64,000 bases of DNA, from the NCBI GenBank assembly GCA_964252035.1, contig OZ176200.1; one strand, written 5' to 3'. The position numbers and the translations under genes are program-made. Below are positions 1 to 9,484 of this stretch, piece after piece; within the stretch, counting starts at the first letter, position 1, and each line of letters begins with the position of its first letter. The DNA comes from Podarcis erhardii (taxonomy: Eukaryota). The notes under the pieces are model-generated. The model was not told where the DNA came from and did not search any database. It saw only the letters and a list, made by a program, of their open reading frames with translations.

Positions 1-55
1 CGTGCCCCCCCAGATGTTGCGGCCGGTGCGGCCGGCCCCCACGCTACGCCACTGG
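1..55. mobile_element. Terminal fragment of a GC-rich MITE (Harbinger-like, lizard type), truncated by the window edge
   Basis: Ends in ...ccccacgctacgccactgg, the reverse complement of a CCAGTGGCGTAGCGTGGGG terminus recalled from squamate non-autonomous DNA elements. The other end is outside the window. Confidence 0.45.
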
Positions 56-202
56 AAATATGCATAGTTGCCAAGAAACACACCCTTGTTTTCTCTCTTT
101 AGTTCAGAAGTGTGCAATCTGTGCATGCACACACACAACCTCAGCTGTGGGCATAAGATGGTTATCTAGGGGGGAAAGGCAGTCTTGAGAGTGGGGTATT
201 TA

Positions 203-420
203 GGCTGAATCCTGACTTCACTTACCTGGGAGTAAGCCCCATTTAATTAATTAAGAGGATTTACTTCTGAGTATACATAGATTGCCTTTTAACTGGCCTT
301 TAGATTCTCCAGGATCCCAGGTAACTGATTGATGCATGCAGACTAATCTTATGCATAAAGTTATTTCCACTGATTTCAAGGGGACTTGCTCCCAAATGAG
401 TGTCCATATGATCGTAGGGT
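203..420. repeat. Two adjacent degraded copies of a ~90-bp palindromic squamate MITE-like repeat (aatcct...ccactgatttcaa...gg...gattgc)
   Basis: Same motif order recurs at ~38215-38275 and ~47185-47270. Family assignment is from memory. Confidence 0.5.
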
Positions 421-654
421 TATTCCCTACCATTTTGCAAACAACGTCGTATTTTCTTAATACGTTGGTTGCAAGGGGGAAACCAAAAGAATTCTGAAAA
501 ATAAGGGCGATCTATATGCAAAGCGTCGATTAGGAAGCCCAAAGTTTCTCCCTCACTTTGCTTTCCCCCGCCGCCTCGGCGAGATTTTTTATTTCTCTCG
601 TGTGTAATTTTCGCAGGCTGCGAAATCTGACCTCATCCGCGAACGGGCGTGTCG

Positions 655-662
655 TGACGTCA
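655..662. promoter_or_regulatory. Full palindromic CRE (CREB/ATF site)
   Basis: TGACGTCA within the CpG island. Confidence 0.6.
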
Positions 663-766
663 GCGGGCGGCCCCCTCCCGCTTCTGACAGCAGCAAGCAG
701 CGCTGGACCGGTGATGGGAGGAGTGAGTCCTGTACTAAGTCGGGGAGAGTTTTGACGCGGGCGCTT

Positions 767-774
767 TCACGTGA
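767..774. promoter_or_regulatory. Extended E-box TCACGTGA (USF/TFE3/TFEB/MYC class)
   Basis: Perfect palindrome TCACGTGA within the CpG island. Confidence 0.55.
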
Positions 775-779
775 GCCCT

Positions 780-1068
780 CCCGGGGCTGGAAACTATTGT
801 GCGGAGCCCAGAGAGAGTGGCAGCAAGCGGGGAAAGTGGCTGCCATTGCGCGCAGCGGCCAGAGGCGGCGGTGCCGAGCTGGCGCTGGGAAAGAAACTGC
901 ACGGACATCCTGGTTTGTACCACTTAAAGGAACAGCCAGAGAGTCGAGGGGGGGAAAGAGCGAGCGAGCGAGCGAGGGAGCAGCCAGCCAGCCAGCCAGC
1001 CATAGACTCAGCCAGATCGGTGCTTTCCCGGCTGTTTCCCGACAGAGGCGGAGCGCCCCTACGGCTCG
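780..1068 (+). other. SLC25A22: Putative non-coding first exon (1a) of SLC25A22; start approximate
   Basis: Consensus donor TCG|GTGAGT at 1068/1069 inside the CpG island. Human SLC25A22 also has a non-coding first exon. Confidence 0.6.
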
Positions 1069-1179
1069 GTGAGTGCCCTTGGTTCCTTTTCGCCCCCTTC
1101 CCTTGCCGCTCTGGGATGCCAGATGGGCTGTGGGGATCGTCATCTGCCCCACGCTTCCTCGCTCCAGCCCCAAGGGCGG

Positions 1180-1290
1180 GCGGATGAGCGCCTGGAATTG
1201 TTCCGCTGAGCGTTATTGGGAATGGTTTGCCAATGCAGCCGGGGTTGCAACCCTTCTCCGCCCTCCGTCCCTCCCTCCCTCCGTTGCATG
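1180..1290 (+). other. SLC25A22: Possible alternative non-coding first exon (1b); start approximate
   Basis: Donor ATG|GTGAGC at 1290/1291. Confidence 0.35.
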
Positions 1291-2075
1291 GTGAGCTGGC
1301 GCGGCGCGGCCGGTTGCAACCCGGCAGGGATTAGCCTCCCACCTAGTGCGCGCGTGTCCTTTCCTCCTGCTCAAATGCAGAGCGAAACGGCAGGATTAAA
1401 GCCGCGGCGCCCGCAGGGAACTCCGCCGCGGACACCGAGCGAGGCGAGGAGGGCGTCTTCTCGGCCAACTCCACCCGGGAGATCCTGCTCGTCCTTCCTT
1501 CCTCCCTCCATCTCCAACCCCCCACCCCCGAGGGATTGGGATCTGTTGCATCATGCCCCCTTTATCTTTACTACATCTCCACCCTTTCCCTTGGAGCAGC
1601 CGGAAAGTTTGCCTGGAGCCCAGCGCCCTCCTCAGGCATATGGGGAGTCCCGCTGCACCCCTCGGGAGCGTGGCCACGAAGCCCTTCCTGTATCCTCCCC
1701 GTATCTGGCTGCGTTGCCTAGCCTGACTTTTGAGCACTGGGGCGGCTGGGAAGTGCCCGGAGCTCAATACTGAAGCCTTGGGGGCGTGTGAGGTCAATAG
1801 GGGGGAAGAAGAGGGCAGTGCTCTGCGCGTGTCTGGGATGCTCCACGCTCTGGTCCTGCGTGGGCTTCACTTTCCCCCTCAGCCCCGCCGCGGGGCTCCC
1901 TCTCGAGGCGACGCGCCAAAGCCGCCGCGTGACCTTTTCACCTGCTCGCCCCTCAGCCTCAGCTTGGCTTCCGATACTAGCGCGACCTTTGACTTAGCGT
2001 TTGAGGGGTGCTCCTTTATGAATGCTGCCAGTGACCCTGGAAACTTCGTGGCGGAAACATAAAGTAATGCCACCT

Positions 2076-2101
2076 TGCTGCTGCTGCTGCTGCTGCTGCT
2101 G
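2076..2101. repeat. (CTG)n microsatellite
   Basis: About 8 perfect TGC units at the 3' edge of the CpG island. Confidence 0.95.
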
Positions 2102-4205
2102 TTTCAACCCGGTGAAAATGCAGGGACTCTTGTGGCCCTCCCCTCTCCTTGGGTGGCTTAAAGTGTTTTTAAGCATCTTGGTGCCCAGCGGTTTGATGTG
2201 GATACTGGGCTGGGCAAATGCCTTCTAGATTCCCACTCCCCTTGCAGAAGCAGTGCCTGCCCTCCAACCTTGTTCTGCAGCAGGGCAGCCTCTTGTTGTG
2301 CCGCCTCCTACATGCTGGAAGCAGCGTGGCAGATTCTCAGGCCAAAGTCTCCACCTCCTCTGAGGGAGACGGCAGCCTCAGCCTGCCAGGACCAATCAAG
2401 CTGCATGAAGCTTCTCTCTCTCTCTTTGTGTGTGTGTGTGTATCTGTCTATCCATGTGTGTATCTATCTATGTATACACACACACATTTTTTTTTTTTGA
2501 AACTACAGGGCAAGATACACATTCCAGCTGATATACAGAATCAGAGGTGACCACAGTATGTTGACAAAGGACAAATTTGTCATCGTCGACAAATCTCCAC
2601 ATATCCTGAAGGACTGAATCTGCTCACTTAGCTTGATTTCAGCGCTGTAGGCCTGAGTGGTTTGTAACTGATCTCCCTGTCAGTATATAAAAATGATGTG
2701 AGCCTTGTGGTAGGTCAACTCCAAATATTAAGGCAGGATTGTGCACAGGGTCTCAGACTCATCATCCAAAGCTTTTATTGGGATTCACTGATAAAGGCTC
2801 CTTTTCCTAGTCTGCTGCTTGTGAAAAGAGTATTGCCGTCCTGAGAGTATTGCCGCCCTAAGCAGCACTTGGGTTCAGCCACAGGGTTCAGCTGCCTTCC
2901 ATCCTATCCAAATGGGCATTCTCAGGGTGATTTTCCAAAAATGTGTCCAAGAAAAACAGCCTCTGAAAGCTATGCAATATGTTTGCTGTGGTGTGTGTCT
3001 GTGTGTGTGTTTGTGTTTGTTTGTTTTAAATTTGCTTACATTTTCTAGCATAGGCTTGGCACTGGATTACCATGCCGGAGATTAGAATTTGATCTTCGCT
3101 CTGCAGCTCCTCTGCCATATATGACCTTGGGTCTCCCATCTGATTGGGTGTTGCCATTCTCTTGGCTTGCTTTGATTTGAGCTCCTGCAGCACCTAGCAC
3201 AAAAAGAGGTTGGTCAATTATCTGGCTTCTGCTCAGCCATGGGGGAGCTGCAGTGAATGTGATGCTCAGAGACTTTGTAGACAGATGGCTGGGTTTTTAG
3301 TTATAATTTTTAAACAAGGCAGTATCCTTGCCATAGGCCATTCATTAAAATGAAGCGATGAATAATACATAAGTCGCCACATCTTTCTTAGAGAGGAGCC
3401 TGATGTGATGAACTCATTTCTCTAGCTTTATGCTTTCCTTATCAACCTATCTTGGCAGCATAGAAAAGAAAACACACATATAAGCTTCCTAATATAGTTG
3501 TTCAAAAGAAAATTAATTTATGCATTTATTCCATTTATTTAACATTGTTGGCCTGCACAGAGCTTTGAGTGGCATATTTGGGAGTCATTCCACACACCCC
3601 TTCCATATTTTATCCATGCAGCAGCCCTTTGAGATAGGTTAGGGTGAAATGGTAACTTATCCAAGGTCACTAATTGACTATTATGGTTGAGTGGGGATTT
3701 GAATCCAGGTCTTTCTAATCTGTATCTGGCATTGTGGCCCAGGTTTCTTCCTCTGAGCTGTTGAGCCACTTCCATGTTTCTAGCCATGTATTTCTTCCTC
3801 CTTTAGGATTATTACCCCATAAACACCAAGAAATACAGCTTCCTCCACTGGTTTCTCTCTGGGCTGAAAAAAGTGTAGCCCACTGAATTTAGTTCTATGC
3901 TGTATCAGTTAATATATGAAACTTTGAAAGTTCAATGTACAGTAAGACTAGGGAGACTTGCATGTGTTTTTACAAAAACAAACCACTGCTACTTGAAGAT
4001 CCCATGAATCTGTGTAATCCAGTGAAGGAAATGGTTTGTGTACATCTGGGTTTCCAGTGTACAGTATGCCCAAGCATAGGCTTCCTAGGTGTGATTGTTG
4101 GTAGGCTACTATCCCTTGGTCCCAATTTCTCATCTGCGAAATGTAAATAACAGCAACCTTCGCCTCTCAGGACTGCAGAAGAACTAAATATTCAAGACCA
4201 TAAAG

Positions 4206-4326
4206 CAGGGTCACCTGCTGCTGCTGGACTACAACTCCCGTCATCCCTAGCTAGCAGGAGCAGTGGTCAGGGATGATGGGAATTGTAGTCCAAAAACAGC
4301 TGGGGACCCAAGTTTGGGAAACAATG
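4206..4326. mobile_element. Palindromic hAT-type MITE, 5' end degraded
   Basis: ggactacaactccc...gggaattgtagtcc core shared with 7419-7554 and 44609-44744. Confidence 0.75.
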
Positions 4327-5790
4327 CTGTACAGTATTTCCCATGCTGCCTCCACAATCCTAAATATTCTGTTCTTTGCATTAATGGAGAAAGTGTGCTA
4401 AGGAACAAGGTGCTGTATGAATACTGTAGTTACTAATAGATCTGAACCAGCATAATCAAACAGAGAGTAGGGATCAATCTAGACATTGTTTTACTTATTT
4501 GAAAGATGCTTTCCTAAGGCAACCCCCCCAAGGCAACCACACACAAAGCAAAGATAGTAAAGTTAATTACAAATGTGATTGCTCCAATGGGAAAGTTCAT
4601 TTGCTTGCAAATCCTGGGATTTTGTGCAATACTGGCCTTCTATACATAATCACTAAAGGAGAACTCTGACTTCAAACTCTCTTAAAAGTTGGGTACATGC
4701 AGTTAGAGTGTGCAGAGGCACTGATTCTGAGATATGTGTGGTGGGTTTTTCCAAAGTACATTAGTTTATATAATCCCTTTTCCTGGAGAGCATTGGACAA
4801 TATTGCACTTTAAAGGAGGCCAAGCAAAGGGGGGATGTTTGAGCTGAAAAATGAAAAAGCTAAGTAAGAACCATGGTACAGAACTGCAAATAAAATAAAG
4901 TAAAATAAAATAAAAAATAAAACAAACCATTGAAACCAAGAATGCACAGCATGGCTGAAATTGCAGATGCTACCAAATGTCAAATAAAATGCAGGCTGTA
5001 GTGGTATTGGATAAATAGCACTTTGATGAGGGAATTGTCCTAAGTAAATGGCATTTAATTTAAGCACTAGTCATAGATGACAAGATGCTGTGTGCATTAA
5101 AAGAGGATTAGGTAAATCAACGTAGAACCAAAAGGTCTACCAGAAGGGGGAAGCCCCCCTCCTCTGCACCCAGTTTCGAAATGAAGCAGGTTGCTGTTGC
5201 AGGAGGGACAGAGCTCTCCACCTCTTCTCTACCAAATCGCCAATGGGCTGGCAACATAGGAAGGCCTATTTACCAGGCTTTATTAATAGAGCTCCATTTT
5301 GACCTTGATATCAGGCTACATCTTCACATGCAGCAGAATGAGGTAGGAATGAGATGGTAGAATGGACTGTGCTATGTCAGGCTGTATGTGGCAAAATCAC
5401 GCTTTGAATGAACCCCTATGTCAATTTCCCCTGCAAATAGAAGGCTAGCACGGCAGGGAGAGAGGGTTGGGCTTGAATCTTCCTCCCTAAGCTGCTATTA
5501 AAAAATATTTGCAAGGAGATTTCTATGGTTTTTAAGATTCAGTATTTTATTTATTTACTGCACTCATATCCCACCCCCTCCTCTAAGGAGCTCAAGGTGA
5601 CATGCATGGTTTGTTGCCTTCCTTCCCATTTTATCCATGTCAGGGAGGTTAGGCTGAATGACTGTGACTGGCCCAGGGTCACCTAGTGAGTTTCATGGTT
5701 GAGTGAAGATTTGAACCTGGGTCCTAGTCCAACACACTAAGCACTACAGCACCACTGGCTTTTTACCACTATATTCCACTGCTGCAAGTA

Positions 5791-6026
5791 CAGAGGTACC
5801 TTGGTTTATAAACTTAATCCGTTCTGGAAGTCCGTTCTTAAACCAAAGCATTCTTTCCCATAGCAGCATGGGATTCAATTTACAAATGGCACACACTCAA
5901 CAGGAAGCGGAACATGTTCTGCTTCCAAGGCAAAATTCACAAACCAAAACACCTACTTCTGGGTTTGCAGCGTTCTTAATCCAAGTTGTTCATAAATTAA
6001 GCTGTTCTTAAACCAAGGTACCACTG
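5791..6026. mobile_element. Tc1/mariner (Tigger/pogo-like) MITE
   Basis: TIRs CAGAGGTACCTTGGTTT / AAACCAAGGTACCACTG, flanked by TA on both sides. Confidence 0.8.
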
Positions 6027-6150
6027 TAGTCTGAAGTGGTCCTGTCTATTCTGCCTCTAGACTCCACCACCTCATTTGTCCATATATCTAGACCCAACCT
6101 TAACATATTTCAGGCAAGATGAATGATAGATCATTCATACAATAATTTTG

Positions 6151-7258
6151 TTTTTTTTTTTTTAAAATAATTTTTATTGATTTTACAACATAAACAAAAA
6201 ACAAATAAACATAACACGACTTCCCCAAACCTCCCCTTCACTGCATCCATATTTTAAATTTTTTAGCAATTCTTCATCCCATTTTTATATTTAATTCTCT
6301 TAAAAAAAAAAATTCTATTTTATAAATTTCAATTTATAGCTGTAATTCTTTGTATCCAATCCCTTGACATCTTAACATTCCGAAATTTTACAACAATTTT
6401 TAAGATAGATTTTAAATTTTTTCCAGTCCTCCTCCACTGTCTCTTTCCTCTGGTCACGGATTCTGCCGGTCATCTCTGCCAGTCCCATAAATTCAGTCAC
6501 CTTGGTCTGCCATTCTTCCAGAGTAGGTAATTCTTTAGTCTTCCAATACTTCGCCAAAAGGATTCTTGCTGCTGTTGTTGCATACATAAAAAAGGTCCTA
6601 TCTTTCTTTGGTACCAATTGGCCGACCATGCCCAGGAGAAAAGCCTCCGGTTTCTTTACAAATGTCCACTTAAGGATTTTCTTAATTTCATTATAGATCA
6701 TTTCCCAGTAGGCCTTAATCTTTGGGCAGGTCCACCAAAGGTGATAAAAAGTTCCTTCACATTCATTACACTTCCAACAATTGTTATTGGGCAAATGATA
6801 TATCTTTGCAAGCTTGACTGGGGTCATGTACCACCTATAGATCATTTTCATTATGTTCTCTTTCAGGGCACTGCATGCCGTAAATTTAATACCTGTGGTC
6901 CATAACTGCTCCCAGTCAGCAAACATAATATCATGACCAATATCCTGTGCCCACTTAATCATGGCTGATTTAACCGTTTCATCCTGTGTATTCCATTTTA
7001 GCAGCAGATTATACATTCTAGACAAATTCTTAGTATTGGGTTCTAGCAATTCTGTTTCTAACTTTGACCTCTCCTTCTGAAATCCTAGTTTTCTGTCCTG
7101 CTTAAAAGTTTCATTGATCTGGAAATAATGTAACCAATCTCGGACTTTAGGTTTCAATTTCTCAAAACTCTGTAGTTTCAACTTTTCACCATCATATTCT
7201 ATAATTTCACAATATTTTGGCCAATCTGTATCCATGTTCAGTCTTTTTACCGCCTTGG
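6151..7258 (-). mobile_element. 5'-truncated LINE-1 (ORF2 C-terminus, 3'UTR and poly(A))
   Basis: 19-bp TSD cattcatacaataattttg (6132-6150 and 7259-7277), poly(T) at 6151 and a minus-strand AATAAA. The protein aligns with the C-terminus of the full-length L1 ORF2 (CWKC..GTFYHLWWTC zinc knuckle). Confidence 0.95.
6372..7258 (-). pseudogene. L1 ORF2 C-terminal fragment (uninterrupted, ~295 codons)
   Basis: ORF track 6372..7364. Homology to L1 ORF2 begins at ...AKAVKRLNM; the first ~35 residues come from the TSD and flanking DNA. Confidence 0.9.
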
Positions 7259-7418
7259 CATTCATACAATAATTTTGCCTCCCAGTTTCGCTCCGTCCTT
7301 CTATCCAGAGAATTGATTGCCAAAGTATTAAGTAAAAGCAGATGCCTCTCCATAATGCAAGCAAGCAGACATGCTGGAATGCTGTTTAATCATGCAAATT
7401 AATACCATTGGATTAGAT

Positions 7419-7554
7419 CAGGCATGGCCAAACTTGGCCCTTCAGATGTTTTGGAACTACAACTCCCATAATCCCTAGCTAACAGGACCAGTGGTCAGGG
7501 ATGATGGGAATTGTAGTCTCAAAACATCTGGAGGGCCAAGTATGTCCATGCCTG
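7419..7554. mobile_element. 136-bp palindromic hAT MITE
   Basis: TIR CAGGCATGG...CCATGCCTG with perfect 8-bp TSD gattagat (7411-7418, 7555-7562). Confidence 0.92.
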
Positions 7555-9349
7555 GATTAGATGTTGATGAGGTGTACATAGGTTTCAGGGGAAGCTACAC
7601 AGTTGCTGTAAAGGCATTACAGTTTTTTCAAAGCCCCACCCCGAACATGCAGATTCCTTGATTTTATTTAGTTCCTTGTAACGTGCTCCTTTATGTTGCA
7701 GTGTTGATGTGCTATTGATTTGGTGGAGTACGTTTGGTAACTCTTTCTTTTTTAATACTAGCATTTTACTGCAGCGTTAGGCTGCCACAGGAAGTGCACA
7801 TTGAGGACAGCATATACAGTTCACTTCACACAGTCATGTGAGATGTGGGTGTATAAGAAAGAGGAGAAAACTGTTTTAAGGGCACCCAGGGAACTTTATG
7901 ACTGAATGAGCATTTGAACTCCAGTCTCCCCCACCTAACACCCTAACCACCATATCCCTTTACGCTAAGAACAAAGCCCTATGGAAGCGATAGACAACCT
8001 GTGGCCCTCTGGCCCCAGCCAGCATGGTCAGTGGTCAGGGATGATGGGAATTGTGGTTCATTAGAACTTGGAAGACCACAGGTTTCATAGCCCTTCCTTG
8101 TGGTCTGCTATCCTAGTCTAAGAGTCAGAAGGAGGGGAGGATGACACAGTACTAGTACAAAATTATCAGCATGGCTTTGCATCAGAGTTACACTGGTGCA
8201 GCACTTGGGACCAATGGACCTGTGTTAAATGATGCCGCTGCGCCATCATGAGTGGCTCTAGATGAGTCAGATGTGGGTATAAACAGCAGGAGGGGGATTG
8301 AAGGGGGTGGGCTATACTTGTGCTTTTCCATGTGGATCATACAACAAATTAAAAACAGGGCAGATTACAACCACAGGAACAGGGTGGGCTTTGAAAACAC
8401 ACATCTCAGGTGTCAAAGGCCAGGGTCTTCAGCACACATGCAGGCCCCCCACTCACAATTTGCAAGGAGAGAGAGAGAGAGATCAAAATATTTCAGATAG
8501 GTTTCTTGACCTGCCAAACAATACTGATGGGCTTTGTAAGGTTAACCAGAAACCTAAAAACAAAATAAAACAAAACAAAAGAACAAACAAACAAAAACAC
8601 CCACCACTTATAAAAAACAAATAAAGGTGGGGAGGGAAGTTGGGAGGATATGGGGTTGTATCCAACTAGATTCTTTTCCAAGTACACTCATAAAAATTAA
8701 TGGACCTTAAATTTGCCATGCCCATTAATTTCAGTGGATCTACCAAAATAGGCTACAACTGATACCCTGCTTCTGATAATATTGCATGAACTTCCATCTC
8801 TTTTCAAGTTGGTACACCAAAGATTCTGTTCCCTTTTGCAGACATGGAAGAGGGAGATGATCTTTTGCCCCCTTTCAATTACGGTACTTATATAACATTT
8901 CAGCATTACTACAGAAGAAATGTGCTAGACGGTAATGAGTAAAGGTATCTGTACTTTTTATAACCAAACTCACAAATTTATGTACATCACTTCAATTTTC
9001 AGCTTGCTGGAAAGATCTCTTGGAGTAGTTAAGGGTTGGGGAATCTGTGGCTTGTAGATCAGGGCTTCTCAAACTTTCATCCCCATGGCCCACATGAGAC
9101 AGCTGAGGCCAACCAGTCATAAAAGGTTGGGGCAGAGCCAGACACAAAATGGTGACAGTTTTTGGCATAATTGATTGACAATTACTGACATCACTTTCTA
9201 CCAATGTCTTATCCATTCTTTGCCATCATTTGCCATCCATCATTTTCCTTGTGGCAATGAGTTCCATGGTTCTACTTTCACCAAGCAGAGTGCAGACATT
9301 GACTCAGATGTAGGAATTTGCTGATCCAGAGGCTGCTACCACATACGCC

Positions 9350-9484
9350 ACCCTTCACCAAACAGATGCCCCCCAGCTGTTTTGGACTAAAACTCCCATC
9401 AGACCAGCTAGCACAGCTGTGTTGGATGAGACTGATGGGAGTTGTAGCCCAAAACAGCTGGAGGGCACCAGCTTGGTGAAGGTT
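9350..9484. mobile_element. Palindromic MITE related to the 136-bp hAT family
   Basis: ccttcaccaa...ttggtgaagg termini and the ggacta(c)aactccc/gggagttgtagccc core. Confidence 0.7.

Larger units (their letters stand above)
480..2060 (+). promoter_or_regulatory. CpG island / main promoter of SLC25A22
   Basis: Very high GC and CpG density compared with the CpG-depleted remainder. Contains TGACGTCA (655-662), TCACGTGA (767-774), GC boxes and two consensus splice donors. Lies upstream of the first coding exon on the same strand. Confidence 0.85.

Noticed and set aside
1994-2228. Poly-Gln and poly-Cys ORFs
   Set aside because: They are translations of the (CTG)n microsatellite.
6372-7364. 330-aa ORF as a host gene
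   Set aside because: It is an L1 ORF2 C-terminal fragment bounded by TSDs, and its N-terminus is chance read-through from flanking DNA.
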